A DNA stretch of 63,790 nucleotides from Gammaproteobacteria bacterium (GCA_013001575.1 JABDMI010000127.1:1-63790); one strand, 5' to 3'. Numbered from the stretch's first letter, positions 50,202-59,419 are shown. Made by a program: numbers and translations. The notes: generated by a model from the letters alone, not told the origin.

Positions 50202-51223
50202 GTTGTTTGCTTGCTGGTTGGTTCGACTAATGAGCTTATCATTGAGTCAATTGCCTCGGACTGCAAGTTCAGTGTAACAGGAACAAACCAGATATTGTCT
50301 GCCTGCAAGTCCGGGTATTTAACCGCATCTTTTTCGGTCATCAGAATAATTTCATTACTATGCCGTTCAAAGAATTTGTGTGGCATAGCCGCATGATCAC
50401 CCAGCGCATGACGAGTGACCTTTACTTCATACTTTTCCAGCAAATTAAAAAACCGCTCGGGGTTTCCAATACCGGCAAAGGCATGAACCGATCGACCTGA
50501 GAGTGCCGTCAGGGCCTGTTGCCTGCCTGAATTGAGCTGACAAATAACTCCCGGCTCTAGCGTAAAACTTTGTAGCACCAGATTTTGCAATGAATCATGT
50601 ACGGGCTCTCCATTACACAATAAAATATCGGCCTGGTGCAGGCGTGTTTTCTTTTCTCGCAATGGACCAGCTGGAATTAGATTCCCATTCCCCAAGCCGC
50701 GCTGACCATCCAGCACCACGATCTCGTGATCTCGTCCAAGTTTACGATGTTGCAAACCGTCATCACTTAGGATCACATCAACATCCGGGGCATTGGCAAG
50801 CAGGGTTCGTGCAGCCGCCACTCTGGCCTTCCCGATGGCAAATGGAACCCGGGTTTTCTGAAAGATCATGTAGGGCTCATCACCAACTTCCGATGCCAGA
50901 CTGGTGGTATCCAGCATCACACTGGCTAAATGTGATCGACTGCCTCCGTAGCCACGACTGATCACGCCGGGCTTTAATCCATGCTCACGGAGTAATTCGA
51001 TCAAGTGCATAACCACGGGTGTTTTACCAGTACCGCCAACGGTAATATTACCGACCACGATCACCGGTTTGGGCAACTTGACCGTTTTTATTAAGCCTAT
51101 CCTGTATAGCAGTTTGCGAAATTGAAGCAGGAAAACGTACAAGGGAACAAGGCAGCGTAAAAACCACGGGGAGTTTTTCTCGCCGTACCAGACCCTGAGC
51201 AGATACTGTTCGAGTTTTTGCAT
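50198..51223 (-). CDS. lpxK: Tetraacyldisaccharide 4'-kinase
   Basis: VVGNITVGGTGKTP P-loop, SRGYGG and LSDDGLQH motifs. Confidence 0.9.
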   Translation of the reverse strand: MQKLEQYLLRVWYGEKNSPWFLRCLVPLYVFLLQFRKLLYRIGLIKTVKLPKPVIVVGNITVGGTGKTPVVMHLIELLREHGLKPGVISRGYGGSRSHLASVMLDTTSLASEVGDEPYMIFQKTRVPFAIGKARVAAARTLLANAPDVDVILSDDGLQHRKLGRDHEIVVLDGQRGLGNGNLIPAGPLREKKTRLHQADILLCNGEPVHDSLQNLVLQSFTLEPGVICQLNSGRQQALTALSGRSVHAFAGIGNPERFFNLLEKYEVKVTRHALGDHAAMPHKFFERHSNEIILMTEKDAVKYPDLQADNIWFVPVTLNLQSEAIDSMISSLVEPTSKQTT

Positions 51224-51249
51224 CTTAAAATACTTGCCCGGACCCTGTG

Positions 51250-52995
51250 TTACAGCGAACCGGTTTGCAGTTGTTGTAATTTGGCGTATTGCCCGTTTCT
51301 GGCCAATAAGGATTTATGGTCACCTTGTTCTATGACCTGCCCGTTCTCCATCACCAGAATCTCATTGGCCATCTCTACTGTAGACAGACGATGCGCGATG
51401 ACTAATGTTGTGCGGCCTTGCATCAGTTGTTGCAAAGCGTCTTGCACCAAACGCTCCGACTCGGTGTCCAGTGCCGAAGTGGCTTCATCCAGAATGAGTA
51501 TAGGTGCATTTTTCATGATGGCACGGGCAATGGCGATGCGTTGTCGCTGACCACCCGATAACAAGACGCCACGATCGCCCACCATGGTATCCAGACCCTC
51601 GGGCAATTCGTTCACAAACTCCATAACATGTGCGGCCTGGGCTGCGGCAATAATGTCTTTTTCGCTGTATTCATGCGAACAGGCGTAAGCGATGTTGTTG
51701 GCAATGGTATCGTTGAACAAGAACACATCCTGGCCAACATACGCGATCGATCTTCGCAGATCGTGTAAAGCGTATTCACGAATGTCATGCCCGTTAAGCA
51801 AAACGAAGCCGGAACTGACGTCATAAAAGCGTGGGATCAAACTGGCGATCGTGGATTTGCCACTGCCAGAGCTTCCAACCAAGGCCAACATTTTTCCTTT
51901 TTCCAGCGTGAAGTTGAGATGCATGAGAACCGGTTCCGCTTTTCCTACGTAACTGAAACTCACGTCATGAAAACTGAGTTGCAAATTATCCGTCTGCAAC
52001 TCGCGAGTACCCTCGTCAATCTCCCCGGCTTCATCCAACACTTCAAACACACTGGCGGCTGATGCCAGACCCATTTGTATTACTTCATTAACGTTTAGGA
52101 GTTTTTTGATCGGGGTATTGATCATGAGCAAGGCGGTTAAAAACGCCATAAACTCGCCGGTTTGCAGATCGGTGTGACGCGACGCAAAATATATGATCAA
52201 GCCGACCGCAACACCGGCCACCAGTTGCACCAGCAGATTGCTACTCGAACGGGTCAAAAGCACTTTCATATTGCCCAAATAATTTTTCAGATTACTCTGC
52301 TTAAAATCCTGTTGGGCTTGTGCTTGACCACTGTAGGCTTTGACCACCTTGTGGCCGATTATGGACTCTTCCGAGATTTGTGTAATATCCGATACCGAAT
52401 CCAGAATGCGTTCGCTGTAGCGTTTGAATAATTTACTCACGATCTGGATGATCAACATCAAGATCGGAATAATCGCAAACACAAACAAGAACAATTGCCA
52501 GCTTTTCATGAGCATGACAATCAGCAAGACCACAATGGTTAAACTGTCTTCGACCAAAGTGCGTAATGCCCTGCTCGCAGTTTGTGCCACTTGCTCAACG
52601 TGGTAAGTCATTTTTGCCGTGAGCTCGCCATCGTTGGTATTGTCAAAATAGGCGGTCGGTAACAAGGTGTACTTGGCAAACAGATCGTGCCTGAGGTCAA
52701 AGATCACTTTACGTGACAGCTTACCCATAAAAAACGTGGTGCCGGCCGTGGAGCCACCGCGAACCACAAACAATATAAACAAAAACCACGGTGCCCAAGT
52801 CAACCAGAAAGGATCACGTTCGGCGAAGACCTTATCTACTATGGGCTCAATAATACTGGCCAGGGCGCCATTCGCCAGAGCCAGAAACAACAGACACAAT
52901 ATTATGATCGGGAAAAATTGCTTATAACGGAATATATACCCAAGCAAACGCTTGAAGGTCACTTTTCCGGGTGCATCAAGATGTATAAAAGGCAT
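51250..52995 (-). CDS. msbA: Lipid A export ABC transporter ATP-binding/permease MsbA
   Basis: 581 aa. 6-TM domain plus an NBD (GSSGSGKST, LSGGQRQRIAIARA, ILILDEATSALD). Lies in the lpxK-kdsB cluster. Confidence 0.88.
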   Translation of the reverse strand: MPFIHLDAPGKVTFKRLLGYIFRYKQFFPIIILCLLFLALANGALASIIEPIVDKVFAERDPFWLTWAPWFLFILFVVRGGSTAGTTFFMGKLSRKVIFDLRHDLFAKYTLLPTAYFDNTNDGELTAKMTYHVEQVAQTASRALRTLVEDSLTIVVLLIVMLMKSWQLFLFVFAIIPILMLIIQIVSKLFKRYSERILDSVSDITQISEESIIGHKVVKAYSGQAQAQQDFKQSNLKNYLGNMKVLLTRSSSNLLVQLVAGVAVGLIIYFASRHTDLQTGEFMAFLTALLMINTPIKKLLNVNEVIQMGLASAASVFEVLDEAGEIDEGTRELQTDNLQLSFHDVSFSYVGKAEPVLMHLNFTLEKGKMLALVGSSGSGKSTIASLIPRFYDVSSGFVLLNGHDIREYALHDLRRSIAYVGQDVFLFNDTIANNIAYACSHEYSEKDIIAAAQAAHVMEFVNELPEGLDTMVGDRGVLLSGGQRQRIAIARAIMKNAPILILDEATSALDTESERLVQDALQQLMQGRTTLVIAHRLSTVEMANEILVMENGQVIEQGDHKSLLARNGQYAKLQQLQTGSL

Positions 52996-53028
52996 AGATT
53001 TCCCAATTTGCGACTGGCATGGTCGGGA

Positions 53029-53448
53029 TCAGTTCTTATCTGGCGTTACGGTAACAATGTTCAAATTGGCAAAACCCAGGCGTCCGGCCACATCCATGGC
53101 CGCCACCACCGATTGATGCGTGGCGTTACCATCGGCACGAATGGTAATGGGCATATTTCGATCTTCACCAACTTCACGCGAAATGGCTTCACGTAGTGTA
53201 GCCGGATCAGAGTTGATGAGTTCTCTGTCGTTCAAGAAATATTTGCCATCGGCCGTTATTACTATTTCAATGCTTGGATCAATGGACGCCGGGGTTTCGA
53301 CCTCGGCTTGTGGCAAAGTGATCTTCATTTCCGACTCTTTGGTAAAACTGGTCGAGACCATGAAAAATATCAACAACAGGAACACCACATCGATCAATGA
53401 GGTCAGATTGATGCTGGGTTCGCTGAGGATGCGTGGATGAAGATTCAT
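53029..53448 (-). CDS. exbD: Biopolymer transport protein ExbD/TolR family
   Basis: 139 aa with a single TM segment (NLTSLIDVVFLLLIFFM). Confidence 0.85.
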   Translation of the reverse strand: MNLHPRILSEPSINLTSLIDVVFLLLIFFMVSTSFTKESEMKITLPQAEVETPASIDPSIEIVITADGKYFLNDRELINSDPATLREAISREVGEDRNMPITIRADGNATHQSVVAAMDVAGRLGFANLNIVTVTPDKN

Positions 53449-53457
53449 GCTCTTTAC

Positions 53458-54102
53458 TTACTTGATCTTGGTGGCCGTAGGCTCTACCCCGGCCAAGGGC
53501 AGTTTGCCTTCCATGCTTTGCAATAAACGGATCGCTTCTTTTTCCATATCCACAACCAGTTCCGAGACCCTGCCGTGCAAATAGCGATAAGCGATCTTGG
53601 CCACGATCGCAACCGACAAACCGGCGGCCGTGGTGATCAGGGCTTGCGAGATACCACCCGCCAAGACCCCGGGATTGCCCACTCCTTCGGTAACAATGGC
53701 ATTAAATACTTTGATCATGCCCCACACCGTTCCTAACAAGCCTAGCAATGGCGCGGTTTCAGCAACCGTGCCCAGCGAATTCAGGTAGCGTTCCATTTCA
53801 TGTACCACGTGTCGCCCGGTGTCTTCAATACTGCTTTTAATGATGTCGGTGGATTGATTGCGATGTACCAAACCTGCCGCCAGCACACGCCCTAAGGGAG
53901 AACTATTGTGCAAGGCACGCAAGCGTTCCTCATCCACCTGATGATTCTTGATCCAGCTCCAGACGGTTTCGGTCAATTTGGGGGGAATGACTTTTTCTTT
54001 GCGTAAGGCAATGAAACGGTCGATCAATATGATCATTGTGATGATGGAACAAGCCAGTAACGGCCACATGATCCAACCGCCAGCTCTGAATATTTCGTAC
54101 AT
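53458..54102 (-). CDS. exbB: MotA/TolQ/ExbB proton channel family protein
   Basis: 214 aa. APLLGLLGTVWGMI..F and GGISQALITTAAGL motifs. Confidence 0.85.
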   Translation of the reverse strand: MYEIFRAGGWIMWPLLACSIITMIILIDRFIALRKEKVIPPKLTETVWSWIKNHQVDEERLRALHNSSPLGRVLAAGLVHRNQSTDIIKSSIEDTGRHVVHEMERYLNSLGTVAETAPLLGLLGTVWGMIKVFNAIVTEGVGNPGVLAGGISQALITTAAGLSVAIVAKIAYRYLHGRVSELVVDMEKEAIRLLQSMEGKLPLAGVEPTATKIK

Positions 54103-54226
54103 GCAGACTCTCTATCTGTGGGGCGAAAATTATTTGATTTATCGCGTTATTTTAACAGTCATGTCAGCGGAATATCTATTCAATTCAGGATTTTAGCGGA
54201 TTTATTCCATTGACATTGCTGTGGGT

Positions 54227-56722
54227 TTATTGTGCATTTATTGCACAGTCCTGATGCCAATAGCGGCAATTTGTCTCGCGCCAGGATGTGGATTTGATAC
54301 TTCCACCCGGACTTATTTGAAATTCCAATTGACCACTTGCAGCAATGTTGTGAATACGGGCCCCAATCCTTTGCCAGCGCCCGACCACTTCGATCTTGGG
54401 AAAACGCCAACGATTGGCAAAGCCGGCCGCAAAAATTACCTGGTCAGCTTGCGTCGCTTGAACAAATTCTGGGGTGGAGGAAGAAAGGCTGCCGTGATGT
54501 GGCGCAAAAACGATGTCGCTGTTTAAAAGACTATTGTCGTTGCTGTGCTGTTGCAATAACTCGTATTCGGCCAAAGTTTCTATATCCCCGGTTAACAAGA
54601 TCGAGCGACCGGCGTAGGAGATCTTCAGGACACAAGAATAATCGTTATTGTCACCACTAAGTGTGGACGGTGAAGGATGTAAAAACGCAAAGCTGACGTC
54701 GTCCCATGTCCATGTTGTGCCAGCCGTACACGGCATTGAACCGGGAAGTGGATCTTTTGCCGGCGCATACAATACTTTCGGAGCAAAGGCTTTTTGAATC
54801 GAAGCAAGTCCGCCTGCGTGATCATTGTCGCTGTGACTGATGATGGCACCGGAGAGTTGCCGTACACCGCGTGCCTGCAAGTCAGGTATCACCACCATCT
54901 CGGCGGTATTGCCGCCCTGTCGAAATGCCGGTCCGGTGTCATAGATCAACTGATGGTGTTGCGTTTGTATGAATACCGACAAGCCCTGCCCCACATCATA
55001 GACCTGCATGCTGAGACCCGACTTTACGGATTTACCTGGAGCGAAACCACTGATCAAAGGCAGTATCAATACACTTGCATAATGGCGTGCCACAAGACCA
55101 CGGGGCAAGATCAAAGTGATAAGCAAAATAAGCACACACAGGATCTGGAACCAACCCAGCCTGAGATCCTGACTGCTCAGTGACCAGACCGACACCCATT
55201 CCAACATTTGCCAGACTACGCCTAACCATTGATGTTCCCACCAATAAAGCTGTTGAGACAATTCAGGCAAAACGCCCTGCAGGATAACGGCGACCAACAA
55301 TACGGGCACCACACTCAGCGTGAATAGTGGAATAAGCACCAGATTAACCAGCGGCGCAACCAGACTGACTTTGGAAAAACTCATGGCCACCGGTACACTT
55401 AACAGCAAAACCAGTAAAAACTGCATACGCATCAGGCCTGAGAACTTGTGCTTAAAACGTCGTAAGAGTTTTTTCTCAGGTCGGTTAAATACTTTGTCGC
55501 GTTTGGCTAAATAGATTAATACCGCAACCGCCATGAACGACAACCAGGTGCCACTCGCCATAACTGCGATCGGATCCATGGCGGTCACCATCAGCAAAGC
55601 CAAAGCCAAAATTGACACGGCGTGTAAGCGGCGTTTACCAAACACGCCAATACTTGCCACCAACAACATAATGCAGGCACGCTGGGTTGGCACCGAGAAT
55701 CCGGCCAATGCGGCATAGATGAAAGCAAACCCGCCACCAAGTAATAGACCACATTTGAGGGGTGAAAACGCCGGTTGCGCGAGTCTTGATATGCGTGATG
55801 CTGGTAAGGCCCAGGCAAGCCAGAGAATTTTACCCAGATAAAACCCAAACATGGCGGCAATGGATATGTGCAAACCGGATATCGCCAATAAATGACTGGT
55901 GCCGGTATTTTGTAATACCGTCCATTGTTCTGTTGAGATGTCGTCACGTAATCCCAAACTTAATCCAAGGATCAGTGCGGTGATATTCGAATTTCCCGGC
56001 AAGGCAGAACGAATGGTATTGGCCAGACCTTCACGCACTTGCAACCAGGGGTAACGGTTTGTCTCTAAGTCAATTGCCTCAGCACGTAAATACGCCGTCG
56101 CGCCAATGCCCTGCTGATACAACCAGAGTTCATAGTCGAAGGATTCGTTATTACGTAAGCCACGTGTGGTTTTCAGTCGCAAAGTAAAATTCCAACAACT
56201 CCCGGCAGTAAATTTTTTCGGGTCTTCCAGATTGTAGGCATTAACCCGAATGCGACGAATATGCGTGACTTGTTCATCCTGTGGCTGGATCACAAAACGT
56301 AGTACCGAACCCTTGGCTTGCGGAATACTGGCAATACAGGCATCGAGTGAGAGATCTTGCGCCATCACATCCGGTGCGGCGGAATTAGACAAATACACAT
56401 GCGCCTGAATGTGGGCACGCAAGTAACCCATACCGATACCCAGCATTACAAGTAATCCGATCTTCAAAAGGAAAGCGGTTAGTCTTTTAAGCCTTTGCAG
56501 TCGCCAGAGATACAAGCAGAACACTGTAGTTGGCAAAAGAACGCATAAAAGTTCAAGACTCGTGAAAAGTCTGGATTGTTGCTGCACAAAAAATATGCCG
56601 GCAACAAAGGCCAAAGTGAACAATACCAGCGCCAGTGTGCGACTGAGCACACGCGGGTTTTTACTAGACGGCTGAATTGATTTGTGCGGGCGTGCGAGTA
56701 CGCCGCCCCGGGATATTTGCAT
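54227..56722 (-). CDS. comEC: DNA internalization-related competence protein ComEC/Rec2
   Basis: 831 aa. N-terminal TM/OB region, competence channel domain (TGTSHLLAISGLHI) and a C-terminal MBL domain (HSDNDHAGG). Confidence 0.85.
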   Translation of the reverse strand: MQISRGGVLARPHKSIQPSSKNPRVLSRTLALVLFTLAFVAGIFFVQQQSRLFTSLELLCVLLPTTVFCLYLWRLQRLKRLTAFLLKIGLLVMLGIGMGYLRAHIQAHVYLSNSAAPDVMAQDLSLDACIASIPQAKGSVLRFVIQPQDEQVTHIRRIRVNAYNLEDPKKFTAGSCWNFTLRLKTTRGLRNNESFDYELWLYQQGIGATAYLRAEAIDLETNRYPWLQVREGLANTIRSALPGNSNITALILGLSLGLRDDISTEQWTVLQNTGTSHLLAISGLHISIAAMFGFYLGKILWLAWALPASRISRLAQPAFSPLKCGLLLGGGFAFIYAALAGFSVPTQRACIMLLVASIGVFGKRRLHAVSILALALLMVTAMDPIAVMASGTWLSFMAVAVLIYLAKRDKVFNRPEKKLLRRFKHKFSGLMRMQFLLVLLLSVPVAMSFSKVSLVAPLVNLVLIPLFTLSVVPVLLVAVILQGVLPELSQQLYWWEHQWLGVVWQMLEWVSVWSLSSQDLRLGWFQILCVLILLITLILPRGLVARHYASVLILPLISGFAPGKSVKSGLSMQVYDVGQGLSVFIQTQHHQLIYDTGPAFRQGGNTAEMVVIPDLQARGVRQLSGAIISHSDNDHAGGLASIQKAFAPKVLYAPAKDPLPGSMPCTAGTTWTWDDVSFAFLHPSPSTLSGDNNDYSCVLKISYAGRSILLTGDIETLAEYELLQQHSNDNSLLNSDIVFAPHHGSLSSSTPEFVQATQADQVIFAAGFANRWRFPKIEVVGRWQRIGARIHNIAASGQLEFQISPGGSIKSTSWRETNCRYWHQDCAINAQ

Positions 56723-56806
56723 GATCGCTTCCTTGCTGATCGTTTAAAAAATGTGGACTAATTCCTTTAGTCAGCAAAAGTATAACCAAGCCGTTAGAAT
56801 ATCACC

Positions 56807-57376
56807 ATGCCCAGACGCTTTTTTCAACGTGTTCTACCCGACCCGAAAGAGATTCGCGATGCCTCGTATGTCAGTCCATTACGCGGTTTTATCGATAATC
56901 GACAGCTCTGGACCACCAAACGCCGCAATGTGGTGCTAGGTTTGGGGATTGGCATATTTTGCGGTTTTCAACCGATTCCTGCGCACACCATGCTGGCGGT
57001 ACTCTTAGCCATCTGGTGGAAAGCCAATCTGCCTATGTCGATTGTCGCGACCTTGTTCAACAACCCTATCACCATGTTTCCGATGTATTTCCTTGGGTAC
57101 AAAGTGGGCTGCGTGATACTGGGCGTACCGGACCTGGAGGTGCCACCCGACGCCAGCAAAATGGACTGGATCAAAAATTTGATCGCCAACAGTTGGCAAC
57201 CGATCTATTTGGGATGTTTTGTAACCGGGTTGGTGTTGGCGCTAATCGGCAGTTTAGGTCTCAACCAGTTTTGGAAATGGGCGGTTTTAAAACGCCGCCG
57301 CAATCGTTTACTGCGAACCGATGAATCCAAAAGACTGGAACAGGATAATGTGGAGTATAAGAAAAAGATCAAGTGA
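56807..57376 (+). CDS. DUF2062 membrane protein
   Basis: The RRFFQRVLPDPKEIR N-terminus and GIGIFCGFQPIP...NPITMFPMYF pattern match my recollection of DUF2062. Confidence 0.65.
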   Translation: MPRRFFQRVLPDPKEIRDASYVSPLRGFIDNRQLWTTKRRNVVLGLGIGIFCGFQPIPAHTMLAVLLAIWWKANLPMSIVATLFNNPITMFPMYFLGYKVGCVILGVPDLEVPPDASKMDWIKNLIANSWQPIYLGCFVTGLVLALIGSLGLNQFWKWAVLKRRRNRLLRTDESKRLEQDNVEYKKKIK

Positions 57377-57473
57377 CATTAACGCCGCAAGTATGGGCTT
57401 GCAAAAGTGGCAGGTAATTGCACATGCAATTTAAGTGGCGCATCTAACAGTCCAATGCCCTGCCTTGTTATGT
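57377..57473 (-). repeat. attC site (distal, after cupin cassette)
   Basis: The plus strand starts cattaacgcc and ends ccttgttatgt, matching the ends of the other attC sites. R'' ACATAAC follows the cupin stop. The site begins 1 nt after the DUF2062 stop codon. Confidence 0.6.
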
Positions 57474-57478
57474 TCAAA

Positions 57479-57928
57479 CTATTTAGATTCTGAACTTTTA
57501 ATTGGCATTGCATCAAGTGGCTCTACAAAACCGATATACAAAACACAGGGGTCGCCTTTGTGGCAATATGCGGAATGTGGCAGTTTGGCTGGGCCGTATG
57601 CATACTCTCCAGTTTTTATAGTTGCCTTTTCATGGTCGTCATATTGGACATCAAGGGTGCCAGAAACCAGCACCATACGCTCTTGAGATGTGTGTAAATG
57701 ATGTGGTATTACAAAATCACCAGGAACTTTAAAATAGATATCCAGGTTGTTTTTGGAGGGGTCACCCTGCAAAACTGCAATTTCACAACCTGTAGGTATG
57801 AAGTCAGGGCATGGAGCCCATTGAAGTGTTTTATCCATATGGGAGATAACCAAGGGCTTTTCTCCTGCATTTACATGCCCGTACATGAATATTAAAACTA
57901 GCGTTAAAATTAATTGAGTGTTTTTCAT
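57479..57928 (-). CDS. Secreted cupin-domain protein (integron cassette ORF)
   Basis: 149 aa. Signal peptide (LILTLVLIFMYGHVNA), then a cupin-like PHHLHTSQERMVLVSGTL region. Followed by an attC. Confidence 0.7.
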   Translation of the reverse strand: MKNTQLILTLVLIFMYGHVNAGEKPLVISHMDKTLQWAPCPDFIPTGCEIAVLQGDPSKNNLDIYFKVPGDFVIPHHLHTSQERMVLVSGTLDVQYDDHEKATIKTGEYAYGPAKLPHSAYCHKGDPCVLYIGFVEPLDAMPIKSSESK

Positions 57929-57958
57929 TTTTTAATACCTTTTTTGGTTAATAAATCA

Positions 57959-58092
57959 AAACAATACGAAACAATACGAGCGAAACAATACGAGCGAAAC
58001 AATACGAGACACACACCATTTATCCTACACGAAAGTCAGATAACGAAACAATACGAGACACACACCATTTATCCTACACGAAAGTCAGATAA
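57959..58092 (+). repeat. Tandem repeat block: AAACAATACG(AG) core x5, including a perfect 49-nt duplication
   Basis: 57995-58043 and 58044-58092 are identical (cgaaacaatacgagacacacaccatttatcctacacgaaagtcagataa). They are preceded by 10- and 14-nt partial units at 57959, 57969 and 57983. Confidence 0.95.
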
Positions 58093-58151
58093 GGATTACA
58101 AATTTTCTCGGTAGAATAAGTTCTTATATTTAATTTGCAAAAGGATTTGCA

Positions 58152-59129
58152 ATGGCTATTGCCCGTCGTCAGCTTATCGATGCTGAAACCACCCCTTATT
58201 ATCATGTAATGTCTCGTTGTGTCCGTCGTGCGTTCTTGTGTGGAATAGACAAGTTAACAGGGCGTGACTTTTCACATCGACGGCAATGGGTCGAAGATAA
58301 ACTCAATGAATTAATTCCAATATTTGCCATCGATCTCGCGGCCTATGCGATTATGAGCAATCATTATCATCTGGTGCTTCGAGTTGATAGTGATTTAGCT
58401 AGATCCTGGAGTATGGATGAAGTTTTTGAACAATACAGTAATTTGCATGCATGCTCGACGGTTGTGGAGCGGTATCTAAACGGGGCTGTACTTACAACTG
58501 CTGAACTATTTCTAGTACAGGAATACGAAAATGAATATCGGGAACGCTTGAGTTCCATCAGCTGGTTCATGAAAGTGTTGAATCAGCATATTGCGGTTAA
58601 GGCGAACAGAGAAGACAACTGCACAGGTAAATTCTGGGAATCACGCTTTAAATCCCAAGCTTTACTGGATGAGGCTGCTCTGCTTACTTGCATGGCATAT
58701 GTGGACTTGAACCCGATAAGAGCGGGTATGGCTGACCGACCTGAACAGTCGGACTTCACCTCGATTCAAACCCGACTGGATCGTAATAAACGCGTTCCAG
58801 CCAACTCAATGAAACTATTACTCGGCTTTATTAAACTCAAGGCCGAATATGGCGACAAACACATTCCACTGGCTGAATCGGCTTACATCGAATTGGTCGA
58901 TTGGACAGGACGATGTCTAAGAGATGGTAATAAAGGTTCTATCCCGCCTCATTTGGCCCCCATTCTCGAACGCATCAATCTCACCGAACAGGATTGGTTA
59001 CGACATACTCGCTACTTTGAAGCCAGGTTCAAACGCGTGGCAGGCAGTTGGGATTCCATCAAACAAACCGCTGCCAAATTAAAACGTAATTGGTTTCAAG
59101 GCAAACCGCCCAAACCGATACCTAATTAG
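58152..59129 (+). CDS. Y1 HUH transposase-family protein (IS200/RAYT-like, long form)
   Basis: 325 aa. TPYYHVMSRCVRRAFLCG, the HUH motif in AIMSNHYHLVLRV and the Tyr helix MAYVDLNPIRAGMA are typical of IS200-like/REP-associated tyrosine transposases. AAAGGA SD. Confidence 0.75.
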   Translation: MAIARRQLIDAETTPYYHVMSRCVRRAFLCGIDKLTGRDFSHRRQWVEDKLNELIPIFAIDLAAYAIMSNHYHLVLRVDSDLARSWSMDEVFEQYSNLHACSTVVERYLNGAVLTTAELFLVQEYENEYRERLSSISWFMKVLNQHIAVKANREDNCTGKFWESRFKSQALLDEAALLTCMAYVDLNPIRAGMADRPEQSDFTSIQTRLDRNKRVPANSMKLLLGFIKLKAEYGDKHIPLAESAYIELVDWTGRCLRDGNKGSIPPHLAPILERINLTEQDWLRHTRYFEARFKRVAGSWDSIKQTAAKLKRNWFQGKPPKPIPN

Positions 59130-59269
59130 AAAACTCCAACTAAATTAATGGAATTGGGTGCTGCCCAAGGATTGTTATGTCTTCGATTTGGGAAACTCTG
59201 AATTTTTAAGCCAAAAATCAGAAATTGTCGAATTTCGAACTATAAATCCCTCAAAATCTCATGTCTGTG

Positions 59270-59304
59270 CAAATCAAAAGCCTCAAGTTGATGCTTTTGA
59301 TTTG
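59270..59304. repeat. Perfect 12-bp inverted repeat (hairpin, 11-nt loop)
   Basis: caaatcaaaagc-ctcaagttgat-gcttttgatttg. There is no U-run on either strand, so it is not a typical terminator. Confidence 0.9.
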
Positions 59305-59320
59305 ACATATCTGTGTGTGT

Positions 59321-59419
59321 CTAAATTTGCTTTATTGATGGGTCATCAGGTTTCCATTCTTCAATTGGGTCATGAGCAATACAGTCCCATGACTTAATTT
59401 CAGGTCTTAATGTTTCCAT
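59321..59419 (-). pseudogene. Truncated paralog of cassette ORF 60760-61110
   Basis: METLRPEIKSWDCIAHDPIEEWKPDDPSIKQI* aligns with MKTLKPIIKEWDCITHDPIENWEPEDRSMVEF of the intact cassette. Similarity ends at about 59321. It is preceded by the same R' box, GTTATAC. Confidence 0.65.

Noticed and set aside
57959-58092. CRISPR array
   Set aside because: The repeats are directly abutting with no spacers and there are only two full units. This is a tandem duplication.
59120-59180. 61-nt attC-like element (acctaat ... attgttatgt) overlapping the HUH gene stop
   Set aside because: The ends resemble attC boxes, but the triplet is AAT, no convincing stem with extrahelical bases can be drawn, and the boxes violate the R'/R'' complementarity rule seen in the rest of the array. 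It may be a decayed remnant.
58005-59321. 10-nt inverted match AGACACACAC (58006-58015 / 58055-58064 versus 59312-59321) as terminal inverted repeats of the HUH element
   Set aside because: The match is too short and too simple (CA repeat). The left copies are internal to the tandem repeat rather than at a segment end, and Y1 elements do not use terminal inverted repeats.
59158-59397. 79-aa plus-strand ORF
   Set aside because: It is antisense to the truncated cassette fragment and has no SD. It is explained by the AT-rich non-coding tail.
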